From assembly GCF_009914755.1 (NCBI RefSeq), contig NC_060939.1: 64,000 nucleotides of DNA. One strand, written 5' to 3'. The stretch is from the human T2T-CHM13v2.0 reference genome, Homo sapiens. Below the pieces are notes generated by a model. It ran no database searches. It saw nothing but the letters and a program-made list of their open reading frames with translations, and was not told where the DNA came from. A program made the position numbers and the translations under genes. Every line of letters starts with the position of its first letter. Within the stretch, counting starts at the first letter, position 1. Below are positions 11,340-24,202 of the stretch, piece after piece.

Positions 11340-13629
11340 AGAATTTGCTGGTGGGGCACCCTTCGGAGTTGGCAGCAAACCAGGCGGTCGTCCCAGGTGA
11401 ATCCTTGAAGGTAGGGCTGGCCCTACCCAAAATTATGTACTCCATGCTTGGCTCTACAGCACCCTCTTCCTGCCAAGTCAGGCCACTACCACTGTCAGTG
11501 CAGCCCAGAGACTTGAGCACCCCACAGTGGCCGCACCTCTGCTCTGCTGGCCCCAAGTAAATGGCACACACAGCATAGTGGCTCCAACACTGAAGATTTT
11601 TCCTGGACACAGCAGCCCGTGGCCCTTTGTTGAGCCACACAAAGACAAAGCAGCTCAATTGCGATACCTAGCAGGCTAATGTAAGCTTGTACTCCCCCAA
11701 ATTAAAAGGGATCAGTGGCATATATTAGTTATGCTAGAAAAAGAAACAAGATAACATTTTTTTTTTAACAGAAAAGCAAAAATGACAGAGGTGCAGAGTG
11801 GGGAGAGGTGGGGCGAAGAATGAGGGGAAAAAAATCAATTTTCCACAAACTACATTCCAGGGCACAAAGTGGAGAATGGGAAAATTAGTTTCCAGAACGA
11901 CTCCTGTCTACTTTGTCCAAAAAATAAGGTTGACCTAGGAAAGTCTAGTTGGGGCAGAGAAGTGCAAACCGCGGTGGGATAGCAGCCTGGCCGGGTCCTG
12001 TGCGAGCAAGGGGGCACACACTTCACCCAGCCCTACGCTCTAAGGGATCCTCACTACCCAGCCCCTGCTCAGGAACCTTGACTGCCTTTGTCATTGGCTG
12101 CAATCGGCACAGGGCCCTCTGTCTAGCAATGACAGAAAGTGCCTTTAAATGCAGAGTTTTAGAGTGCCCCCCAAATGATCAAGTACAAAGGGCTGAGCAC
12201 TGCCTGTGAAATGAGAACTGACAGATACATTCTCTACCCTAAGTGCTCATACAAGTAACCCAAATGCCTTCAGCCCTCTGGATTTCAAGGGTCACCTTTC
12301 CTCTAATAACCCAATCACTGCCATCCAAGCAGCCATCTCATATGGCAGCAGGGAGGCCAGTGTTCCCTGGGATTTCTGGGCCTCCTCATGGGCTCCGAAC
12401 ATGTTCAATAGGATCAACAGGACACTGATTTTTCCTTATTACCTCCACCCCCAGCTATTTGGTCCCAGGCTGCACCTGCACTGCATGGGGGTCACCTCCT
12501 GCCATCTCATAATTTGATTCTCCAGGCCACCGCATGCACCACTCCCTGACTGTTTCATCTCAGTCCTGGATGCGAGCCAGTGTCTCCACCCTCAAACTCA
12601 GCTAAGACCAAACCAGTATGTTAACACAATTTTACTGAAGGTTTAGGCATGATTTATGTACAACATGGAGGTTAATTTACAACTGCTGCTAGAAGTTACT
12701 AGTCTTAGAGCTCATCATCGAAAAACCTGACCTCAGAATGTTTGCCCAGCTCCCAGCAGGCTCCATATGGAGGGGAGCAGCTCTGTCTCCAGGAGCCACC
12801 ACACCCCACCGTCCATTCTTTTGGCCCCAGAGGGAGAAGAAAAGCCTCCCCTCCCCAGGCAAGACCTGCCTCCTTCCATGCCCCAGGACATCCCTTTCCT
12901 TCAGGAGAAATTGTAGGCCTCCACAAGGTGTGGTCTGACCACCTGGACCCAGTCCCAACGATCAAAATGACTCCTGGTTTTAGGGGTCACCCTATTGAAT
13001 AAGGGAAGTACAAGGGCCGCCCAAGCCCAGTCCCGTGCACAGTCATCTGAGAGGAAGAGAGAATGCAGCTCGCTCACCTCTTTTGGCCTAGTTCAGTCTT
13101 GGCTTCAGATCTCCCCAGAGAAAATTCAAGAAACGAGGATGAAAACAGCCTAGCGGACAAACAGTAATTTTCCAACATGAACTATTGTGAATCTAGATGT
13201 TGGAGGTAAGCAGGACTCTGATGCCACAAGATCAGGCTCTGCTAACACACTAGGTACATTCTAAACAGACACTGAACACCACAGGCTGCAGCCTCTGCTT
13301 CCAGGGCGCTTCACTGACGTTTCAGAGATTCCTCAAGAAAAATGGGCAGGTATCTACTGCCTCGACTTAAAGACCTCACCAAGTGGGACTGCCAAAATGA
13401 TGAATTCCAATCTGCATCCTAGATTGCTGCAAATGTTTGCAGGTCCCCAGGGCAGTTTTCCAGCTCCAACTTGATTTTATAATCCAGTGTCTTATCAGAT
13501 ACTCCACATTAAATACATGGAAAATTGAGAACCCCTTTGTCAAATGTATCCAGGGGAAGAACAGCTGCAGTCCACACTCTTATTCTTCATCTGTCTCCTT
13601 TTCATCCAGGATCTGCCTCTGGATCCCAT

Positions 13630-13746
13630 TCTGTCTATCCATCTAGCTTCCTTATCTATGTATCTACCTGTCATCTATATCTACCTATTATCTCTATGTA
13701 TATCTGTCTACCTATCATCTATATCTACCTATCTATCATCTATATC
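13630..13746. repeat. Degenerate (TATC)n simple repeat
   Basis: CTATCTATG/CTACCTATC/ATCTATATC iterations. Confidence 0.75.
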
Positions 13747-14095
13747 TGATATGGTTTGGCTATGTCCCCACCCAAATCCCATCTTGAACTGTAGCTTCCA
13801 TAATTCCGACGTGGTGTGGGAGGGACCCAGTGGGAGATAATTGAATCATGGGGGTGGTTTCTTGTGGTAGTGAATAAGTCTCACAAGATCTGATGATTTT
13901 ATAAGGGAGTTCTCCTTTCGCTTGATTCTCATTCTGTCTCGCCTGCTGTCATGTAAGATGTGCCTTTTGCCTTCCACCATGATTGTGAGGCCTCCCCAGC
14001 CACATGGAACTGTGAGCCCATTAAGCCTCTTTTTCTTTATAAATTACCCAGTCTCCGGTATGTCTTTATCAGCAGTGTGAAAACAGACTAGTACA
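13747..14095 (+). mobile_element. THE1 (ERVL-MaLR) solo LTR
   Basis: TGATATGGTTTGGCT...GAAAACAGACTAGTACA termini. Confidence 0.93.
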
Positions 14096-14612
14096 CTATT
14101 TATATATAATCCCATGCTAATCTTTGCTGAAATGGTCACCTTTCTGCATCAAAGCATTCTCAGGCTCTGTCTGTGACTGCTCACAGGTTGGACTTTAAAT
14201 TCCTAGTCTCACCCATTGGATTCTACATCATTGTCCAGCTCTGTTCCTAGCACTTCCAAAGACTCAGTCAACACCAAGAATTAAGATAGCTTGTTTCCCT
14301 TCTAAGTGTGCCTCCTGCAAAATGCCTGCTGCTTCTTCATTTATGTCATCTTATTAAATTTATAAGTTTTCATTTCTAAAAATTTGAAAAATGCAGAAAA
14401 AATACTGCCTTGAAAAATATCTAGTTTGTTTAACAGCAATACAAACATTTTTTAAAAAGGAAAGAATCCTATTCCCAAGACCCAGAATTAAACACTGTTA
14501 ACTCCTTGGTATAGTTGTTTTCAGGGTTTTCAACTTTAAAACAAACAAACGGAAAAAAAAACTCACTGTATAAGTATCATTTTTAAAAAATAAGTTCATT
14601 ATAAAGAACTTA

Positions 14613-14984
<372 letters not shown>

Positions 14985-16545
14985 AGAGGGTTCTCCACCC
15001 AGTTTTGACCAATTGTTGCCTCATGAGAAGGATGCAGGACCAATGTTCCTAATTCTTTCAATTTTCAAGAGAAGCCAGAAATACGGATTTTACATGGAAT
15101 TTTCAAAAGTGGGCAATGAATTCAACAATTTTAAAATGTGCTGACCCCTCCAAAAAATGTGGGACTCATCCAATCCCCAGTCACATATTTGCAAGTCAGT
15201 AGTAAACGCTCAGTAAAGCAATGTGCTGATGCTGGTCATGCAGTTTGCACATTTGTTGAGGCTTTGGTGAGCCTCACCTGGAAAATAATATGCTGTGTCC
15301 TTTAACAGCTGCCCTCTGTTCGAGTGAAACAGCTTGAATTTCCACACTGGATAAACTCCATGCAGTTCTCTTGGTTCTGACTCTGTTTACCCCTGGCCCC
15401 TCACAGTCTTCTCCAAGGCCGGACTGTCTTGGCCACCCTCAGAGCACCTAGAGTGAGCTCAGGCTGGAAGTGGCAGCAGGAGGACAAGGGAAGCCACCAA
15501 AGGCCAAGAGCTGCAGAGGCTCCATTGCCAGCAGGTGGCCTGCACCAAGGGATCTATGGAATGCTCGGAGGACTCCCTGCTCTATCTAGTCTTCTCTCGG
15601 GCAGCAACTTCTCCACCCATATGTTGAAAAAGAGGAGATGCCATACACAACTGAAGCAGCAAAATCACTGAGTCTGTGTGACTTGGAGCAATAAGGCCAA
15701 GTCCCTAGCCATATCTGTGAAAAACATACCGAATTCCAACTGTCCTGTGGTGTGTACCCTGTGCACACACCCATACTCACAAAGACGCACTCGGGGACAG
15801 TCATGCGTGCACACACACACACCCACAAATGCATAAGCACAGGAGCACACCCAGATTCCCACCCAGACGCTTCCACCTGTGCCCGCTCCTGCCACCCCAC
15901 CCTGCATGCCCACAGGCACATAGCATGCACTTGCCTGTGTACACACGCGCCAGAGAGGAGAGGCTTCCTGGAAAGTCTGGTCTGCAGCACTGCCCTAACT
16001 GGGAACCAGCTTTACCAGCAAACCCCCTTCCCCCAGCCCTGCCCAGGGAGTCTGCCCCAGGCAGGGGCGCACATGGTGGAGTTGATGACCTCAGGTTCAT
16101 AGAGGAGTTTCTCTAGGACGTGACGAAAAGAGGCAGAGAAGAGGAGACAGAAACAGAGCAAGCATGAAAATGAGAATGCGTCCTCCATTCCTGGTTAGGC
16201 ACCCCCTCCCAAGCCTTTCTCCAACACAGACTTCTCTCCTCCCTCACAGCTTCCCAGGGACTTTTACTCCAGTCTGTCTTTCTCCCCCTACCCCCAGGCC
16301 CCCAATTAGCACCTTAAACCAGTCCTTTCTAAGCCTAGTGTCTTTCACTGAATGTGAGTTCCTTACACTAGGCCCCTGCAGTTTGCTCATTCCTGCTAAA
16401 AGGTCTGCAAGAGTTGTAATCGGTGCACTTGACTTCCAACCCTCCTGCACCCCTCAAAGTCTCCAGGAAAAAACACCCTACCTGTCCCTCCACTGCTGAG
16501 GTTCAAGAGCACTGAGTGAGGGTCAGGGAAGTCACCCAAGGATGA

Positions 16546-16893
<348 letters not shown>

Positions 16894-17309
16894 GAGTCTT
16901 TGTCATTTCTCAGGTCAGAATAGGAGCAGACAACTTGTGGACACAAGCGGGAGAGGTCCCCTTGCTAAGAAGGTTTGCCTTTCCTCGCTTGCCAGCCTCT
17001 GTTCATGCCTGGACAGACAAGCCAGGCGGGACACAGGGGAGGCTGCCTTCTGCAAATGCGTCTCTGTGCCATCACCTCAGAGCAAACAGGGTTTTTGGGC
17101 TCCCCCTGCCTCCTGGGAGATGTTCACCACACCCAAAGGAGCCAACAGAAGCCAGCTGCCAGGCAGGGCCCCAGAGCCCCAAGGCCTTCCCAGTTACTCA
17201 TGGGCTCCTCCAGACTCCTCTAAACTCTAGGAGTTCCCGACCACGCCCTCTAGCCCTAAGTCACATCAGTCACTTCCATTCGCTGAGCAGTCATTATCTG
17301 CTGTGCAGT

Positions 17310-17460
17310 GAAGTGTTTTGAATCCATTCTCTTTCATCATCTCAACCATCCTGCAAAATAGGTGCTTTCATGCCCATTTTGCTGAATAGAAAACTGAGGT
17401 TAAAAGGCTGGCTCTCAGCCAGTCAATGGAACATCTGAGATTCAAACACAGTTAAGCTGC
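17310..17460 (-). mobile_element. MIR SINE
   Basis: CCCATTTTGCTGAATAGAAAACTGAGG...GAGATTCAAAC. Confidence 0.6.
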
Positions 17461-17916
17461 CTCATGGAAGTCTTATCTCTCCAGTGGGGACCCTAAACTC
17501 AGTGGAGTCAAGGAGTGGCTTTTCCTTTTGAGTCTGAGCAGTGAATAGCATGCAGTACACTTAAAATTGGCCCTGTGTTCCGAGAAGGGTCACGCTTGTG
17601 CGCCCTCTCCGCCCCCTGCCTTTTTCCCCTTAGAATGAGATCTTCCCATGAGGTCCTTCTAGTCTTCATGCACATAGACCCCCAGTGGCCTGAGCTCACA
17701 GCTCTGCAGGGCAACCCGCTTTCTGTGGCCTTGGCCAGGACAGATGGGGACTCACTGGGCAGCGGGGTCCTTTTCCATCCACTTTCCATCCAGATCTTGC
17801 CTGTGACCTTTAAGCAGTTGCCACCATGGACTCCTAATCACCCCTCCACACCACTAAGCACTGTGCTAGTGCTAGAAGGCTACAAATGACTGGCCCACAC
17901 AGCACGATTGCAGAGA

Positions 17917-17917
17917 A

Positions 17918-17956
<39 letters not shown>
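17917..17956. repeat. (CA)n microsatellite
   Basis: Near-perfect CA run. Confidence 0.95.
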
Positions 17957-17959
<3 letters not shown>

Positions 17960-18599
17960 GAGAAGTTGCACTCTAGAGGCATCAGTTGGGAATCTGTGCT
18001 CAGAGCCATGTGCATGACACAGGGAAAGAGAAACACAGAGGAGGGACGTAAAACTTAGTTCAGGTTGGGGCTAACCAAGGAAGGCTTCAAGGATGAGGTG
18101 AGATTAGAATTCAGCATGAGACGTTTTGTCAGTCTTAGATTGAGGCGAAAAGTGAAAGGAGAACCAGGTGGGCCAAGGTGCCGCACTCTCAAGATGCTTA
18201 AAGCTGCAGCTTCCAGTTAGAGGAGAGAAAGAGAAGGTGATGCTGGCCAGGGGATGATCAGGCTTGGTCCCGGGGCTGCTCCTTCACTCCTCCACTCCTC
18301 TGCATGTCCTGGCTCATTTCATCCCTGCCTGGCACCAGCTACTGAGGGACAGTGTCATGGGCACCAGTGGAGTGACTACCCCTGGACTCCCATTCTCTGG
18401 GAACAGCCCTTGATGGATACTGGGCTGGGGCCAAGAATCGTGATGATGCCCTAAGCCCTGCCCTGGGTAAGGATCACACACACACACACACACCCCAATC
18501 TGGGCCACTCAGATTCTCTTCCCTAGTAGATTAAAAAGGAAAACAAGGTTATCAGGTGCTAGCAGGGGCAGAGTGAAGTCTCACCAGCTGGAGGTGGAA

Positions 18600-18972
18600 C
18601 ACAATCTGCCTTCTGTCTCTATGGATTTGCTCACTCTGGGCATTTCATACAAATGGAGTCACATAACATGGACTTTCATGCCTGGCTTCTTTCACTTAGA
18701 ATAACGTTTTCGAGGCTTGTTCATGTTACAATGTGCACCAGTACTTCCTTCCTTTTGAAGGCTGAATAATATTCTGCTGCATGAAGATTCCACATGTGTT
18801 TATCCATTCATCAGTTGATAGACATTTGGGCTGTTTCCACCTTTTGGCCGCTGGGAATAGTGCTGCTATGCACATCATGCACAGGGTATTTTTGAACACC
18901 TGCTTTCAGTTCTTTTGAGTATACACAAGGAGTGGATTCCTGGATCATATGGTAGCTCTATGTTTAACTTAA
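18600..18972 (-). mobile_element. L1MB-type 3' fragment
   Basis: TATCCATTCATCAGTTGATAGACATTTGGGCTGTTTCCACC...GGATCATATGGTAGCTCTATGTTTAAC. Confidence 0.85.
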
Positions 18973-20504
18973 TGAGCAAGCAAAATAGTTTTATATATTT
19001 CTTCTCTTGAAAATGTCCACAACATTCCCCCACTATTGTAAGACAGTCTGGCAAAGGACAAAGAAATACGATGTTCAGGAGACAAGAGAGAATCTCCTTA
19101 AAAATTTTTGAAAAGCAAACAGTTTCTACTCCTAGGTGAAGGCTTATAATGTATAGATAGAGCACTGAACACTTTATACAACTTGTTTCAAGTGCCCAGA
19201 ACCTACAGGAGCAGAGTAAACTCTTCCCCAACCACCCATGGGACCTGGGAAGGCCTGAAAGGGTGCTCCGGCCAGGGACACACAGCATCTGCATTAATGT
19301 GCCTCCCAGCACTCCAGCAGAGCATGAGGAGAAGGGGATGGTGGGTAATTGCAAATCTGCATTTCAATTCCCAGATACAAATTAAACCCAAAGTTGTCAT
19401 CAAAGAAAAGATGAAGATGAGGATCAAAATGATTCCACACTCTTGGAAAAGCAGAGATTAAACACAATTTAAAAGAGGTTTTAAAAGGTGTTAATGCAGG
19501 CTAATGTAGTTAATGAAGGTTAAAAAAAAAATAAGTGGCTGCTCAATTAGCATTTTCAGCTAAAAGAAGGGGAGCTTTTTGTACCTTTCCTCATATCAAA
19601 GCCTGGATTCTTCCTCTTATGAAAAGACAGCCTCGATTATTTTAAAAGGAAGAAGAGATTAAAAATAGATTTGCAATAATTGCTTCATCCATAATAGCAA
19701 CAATGTATTTCTCTGCTCCCCAAACTCAGCCTCATGGCATATGGTCTTTGAACCAGCCCTGTGGGGGTTGGGGGTGAGCTTTGTAAAACCATTGATTAAG
19801 ATCAAACTTTCTGCAGACTCCCTTCTTCCCTGGATTTGGTGGAAAGGGATCCTAGATGGACCCAGAAAGTGATGGATTTGCATCTCTTCTCCAGTGTTCA
19901 CTGTTGTATAGCAATGTACATGCAACGAACAAGAACCAAACAATTGGCCCTCCAGCATCACTGGAGGTCAGGGACTCCACGTGGCACTTTCCAGGAGAAG
20001 GTAAGGTTGGGTATGGGTGTGGAGGGTCTCCTGGAAGCTCCTCCCAAGACAAAATAAAGTCTGGGGGAGTAAAATGCAGCAGCATACCACATTTGGTTAG
20101 GTTTTTTGTCTGGGGAGGGATGTGGAGGCAAGGTCAGCCAGGAGTAAGTGCTTAGGGATGAAATCAGATGTTGGTAATAAGGGGCAGTGAACCAAGCAGG
20201 TGGAACCCCAGGTCGGAGTGGCAGCAGGTGGTAGCGGCTTGTCACATATACACAGTCAAGTCAGGGAGGTAGGTGCCAGGGCAGTGTCCCAGCAGGTAGG
20301 GGTACCGGGAGCAGGTAGGACGCTAAGATCCCAGAAGACAGCATAGCGGAGGTGAAACAGCAGGTGTGGGCCCCAGGCAGGATGTGATCCCTGCAGGAGA
20401 GGTCTCGGGAGACAGGCGAACCCTGGTCTCAGAGGAGTTCAGGTTCCAGACAGGTTGACAGGACATAAGGGAGTAACACAGTGTCCTGTGTTTCGTCGTC
20501 GTGG

Positions 20505-20690
20505 TCATCATCAACAGATAGCTAATGTTACCTGTTGAACACTTCTTATATGCCAGACAGTATTCCAAGCACTTTACAAATATCCCATTTAATCCTCACA
20601 GCAATGTTACAGGGCTGGTACTTTTATCATTCCCATCTTACAGAGGAGAAGCTGGGGCTCAGAGAGGTAGGTAAGCAGCCCTCAGTCTGA
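20505..20690 (-). mobile_element. MIR SINE
   Basis: AAGCACTTTAC...TTTAATCCTCACAGC...CCCATCTTACAGAGGAGAAGCTGGGGCTCAGAGAGG. Confidence 0.8.
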
Positions 20691-21089
20691 GGAGGTGGGG
20701 GCATATTTCAGATCACTGCTTTTCATCACTCCCTGTCCCAGGCACAAGGTCAGGGCCGGCCCCCAGTTACCATGGAGGGCTCCTTCAAGACCTCACCCCA
20801 CCCTACCAGCCACTAGGGTGCCAGACCTGGAGGCTGGAGCCTGGAGGGAGTGAGTGGGGCAAAGCTTCGCTTGCGGAATGGGGGCAGGTTTTAGAGTCAT
20901 AAGACCATCACCCTCTAAAGGCTCCTTCACTCCCTGAGCTCACAGCTCTTACATACAGGACCCACCTGTGGGGATCCCAGGAGGGACTGAGGGAGCTGCG
21001 GGCAGGGAGAGGATAAGGAGATGCCTGTGATCTTTCAGCAGCATTTGCTGAATATGTGCTTATTGGGCATGTAACTTCAGCTGATTCCA

Positions 21090-21330
21090 TATTCATTCAG
21101 TCAAGTCAGTCAGTCAACAAACAGTCATTGAATGCCAATAAAACACAGTTCCTGTCCTCAAAAACTCTCAGAAGAGAGACTGTGAAGCAGACAGGATAAC
21201 ATGTAACACAGTGGGATAAGTGGGATGGTGAAGGAGGACACACAGGCTCTCGTTGAAGTACTGAGAAAGAACACCATACCCAACAGGGGAGGGGCATTCA
21301 GGGAAGACTTCCTGAAGGCGGTGACAATGG
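21090..21330 (-). mobile_element. L2 LINE fragment
   Basis: ATTCATTCAGTC...CAACAAACAGTCATTGAATGCC...CAGGGAAGACTTCCTGAAGG. Confidence 0.65.
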
Positions 21331-21699
21331 GGCAATGTTCATGGTAGGACTCACCATGGGGCCCTCAGCACCATGCACAGGCTCCAGATATAAAAAGCTG
21401 CTCATGCAATTTCCAGTGCATTAAATATTAGAAGAGCTTCCAGGGCTGGACTATCCACTAGGGTACCAAATAAAGGGAAGTGTACCACCTCCACCATAAA
21501 GTACCTTAGGCCTCCTCAGGCATCAGAGACATGGGCATCAATCATGAGCAAACCCTTCTGCCTGAGGCACCTGCCACCACAATTTATTTCACTTGATAAA
21601 AATGCCCTGCATCCTGGAGAGGCAGTGGAGAAGCAGGCACACCAGTCCCTGCCCTCATGGGCCTTATCACCCAGGAAGCCTGAGCTACCTCTTATTTAG

Positions 21700-22068
21700 T
21701 GTGTTAGTCCGTTTTCACACTGCTATAGAGATACTACCCAAGACTGAACAATTTATAAAAGAAAAAGGCTTAATTGACTCACGGTTCCATATGGCTGGGG
21801 AGGCCTCAGGAGACTTACAATCATGGTGGAAGGTGAAGAGGCAGCAAGTACCTTCTTCACAAGGCAGCAGGAAAGAGAGAGGAAAGCTCAGCGGAAACTG
21901 CCGTTTATAAAGCCTCATGAGAACCCACTCACTATCAGGAGAACAGCATGGAGGAGGCCGCCCCCATGATCCAATCACCTCCTACCAGGTCCCTCCCTCG
22001 ATACATGAGGATTATGGGGATTTCAATTCAAGATGAGATTTGGGTGGAGACACAGCAAAACCATATCA
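21700..22068 (-). mobile_element. MaLR solo LTR (THE1D/MSTA-like)
   Basis: TGTGTTAGTCCG...AAACCATATCA termini; TSD TTTAG/CTTAG. Confidence 0.9.
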
Positions 22069-22267
22069 CTTAGTGTTTTGGGAGCTCAAGAATTTGGATT
22101 AATAATCTTAGATTAAAAAAAGGAAAATTTTCAGAAGTGACCACATGGCTTTTCCCTATTGGTACGAACAGCCAACTTTTGAGAGCCAGTTCAGCTGTTG
22201 GGCAAATGGCATTCAGAGGAGCTGATGATTGGATACACTTGGGCAGGGCCCCAGGACTAAACTAGAG

Positions 22268-22457
22268 CAGCGGTTCTCAAACTGTAATTCTTGGACGAGC
22301 AGCAACAGCATCACCTGAGGAGTCCTTTGAAATGCAAATGATCAGACCAGAGCCACCCCAGACCTACTGAATCAGAAACCCGGCAAGTGGGGCAGCGCCT
22401 GTGTTTTAACAAGTGCTTCCGTTGATTCTGCTGCACACTCAAGTTTGCGAGGCACTG
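22268..22457. mobile_element. MER5A hAT-Charlie DNA transposon
   Basis: CAGCGGTTCTCAAA...CAGACCTACTGAATCAGAAAC...AAGTTTGCGAGGCACTG. Confidence 0.85.
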
Positions 22458-22629
22458 AACTAACAGGAAAACTGGTCTAGGGCCAGTGTCTGTGCTAAGG
22501 TGAGAGTCCAGGAGCTGAGGAGCCATGCAGAAGACCCTATGGGGGCCTCAGCCATCCTCCCCCCTACTCCTGGCCTTCAGGAGTCAAGAATGATGGCGGT
22601 CAAGATGAAGATGGAGACGATAAGACGCT

Positions 22630-22860
22630 GCTGCTAGTAACCATTTATCGAGCTCTCACTGTTGGCTCAGGGTGCATGCACTATCTCACTCATTCCTTAC
22701 CTATGAGGTTAGTGGTGTTGTTACACTTATTTTGCAGATGAACAAACTGAGACATGAAGAGATTATATTTCTCACCCAAGTTCACACAGCTAGTCAGGTG
22801 CAGAACTGGGATTTTTACCCAGTTTTGCTGACCGTCAGAGTCCCCAGTGTCATTGACCAC
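22630..22860 (-). mobile_element. MIR SINE
   Basis: TTTTGCAGATGAACAAACTGAGAC...CCCAAGTTCACACAGCTAG. Confidence 0.75.
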
Positions 22861-23822
22861 CAAATTATCCAGTTAGGTGTCTGCAAAGGAAAAACCATTG
22901 CTTTGTCACACCATCTGCACTTCTGAAGTATCCACAGTGCATAAGGTTCAATGAGCAGGAGCCAGATGGGGGGAAAAAAAACTCTCCACCCAGCCCCCTA
23001 GGAATTTACAACATAAATATTGTGTGTCGCATAGGCAGATGCATCCTTAGAGGATAATTGACCCTTGTTATTTGCAGATTTACTATTTTTGGTTTTGACT
23101 GTTTGCTAGCAACCCCCAGATCCCACGGTCTGTAATCAGTTGCAGGTCTGCATGTAAATCCCAGGCCCTGAAAAGCTGGTGTGGGGGAAGAGACCATTGA
23201 GCGGGCGTGAGCGAGAGCCTGGTTCAGGTGCCTCTCAGTTCCCATTTCTTGTTCTCCCTCATCAGTTGCAATGACCATTGGAAAGTGATCCAGAGTTTGC
23301 TTCCTTTTGGAAAATGACCCAGGAAAAAAGGCCCTTGTCAGTGCTGTGGTGATATTCGTGACTCTGGGGCTTTGCACAGATTCAGGACATCTCTCTCCTA
23401 TTTACAGGGGTCTTCTGCATTCTGTAGTCTGTTCTTACGACAATAATGTTAAAAGTTACTCTTCTTTTCAACTTCCCCCAGACATAGAAAGCTGCAATGT
23501 GTCTCCTACCCTCTCCCACCTTCCATCAGAAGCATGTCCTGCGTGCTCTGAGTCCTCTGAGTCCTTGCTCATTCCGCTTTAGTGGATGTCACCTGCCACA
23601 CTGTCCTATTTGCACATTCCTCCCACGTGAAGCTGCAGGCCACTCGAAGGTGAGCCTGGTCCCAGTTTTTTTTCATCAGCACTGAGCACAATGCCTGCCA
23701 CCAAGGTGCCATGGAAAAGTGTTTCTTGGATGGACACATAAATTAGTTACTTAGTTAATTCATTGATTCATCATTTCATTATAGCCCTTTGGAGGGAGTA
23801 AGGGTAGGTGTCATTGCTATTT

Positions 23823-24202
23823 TGAGGCAGGAAAATAGGGTCTGGAAGCAGGGAACATAAGACTGATTCACACTTCAGCTATGACAGGAAATATCCTCTC
23901 CATTTACATGGGGCATTCACCGAGTAAATGACTTTGTTACTTTACTTCATCCTCTCCATTTACATAGGGTGTATGCCAAATAACCAATGGAAACCTCTAG
24001 AGGGTATTTAAACCCCCAAAAAAATCTGTCATGGGGGCCCTTGAGGCCCCTATGCTCAGGCCCACTGCCACACTGTGGAGTGTGCTTTCCTTTTCAATAA
24101 ATCTCTGCTTTTGTTACTTCATTCTTTCCTTGCTTTGTTCATGTGTTTTGTCCAATTCTTTGTTCAAGACACCAAGAACCTGGACACTCTCCACCAGTAA
24201 CA
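23823..24202 (+). mobile_element. MER61 (ERV1) solo LTR inserted in a reverse MIR
   Basis: TGAGGCAGGAAAATAGGGTCTGG...CCAGTAACA; TSD ATTT/CTTT; MIR resumes at 24203 (AAGGAAACTGA...GTGACTTACCCAAGG). Confidence 0.88.

Noticed and set aside
21364-21384. REST/RE1-like site CTCAGCACCATGCACAGG
   Set aside because: Mismatch in the critical GGAC core and a poor 3' end; likely decayed repeat sequence
23823-24202. p53 response element in MER61
   Set aside because: The family is known for p53 sites, but I see no intact RRRCWWGYYY pair in this copy
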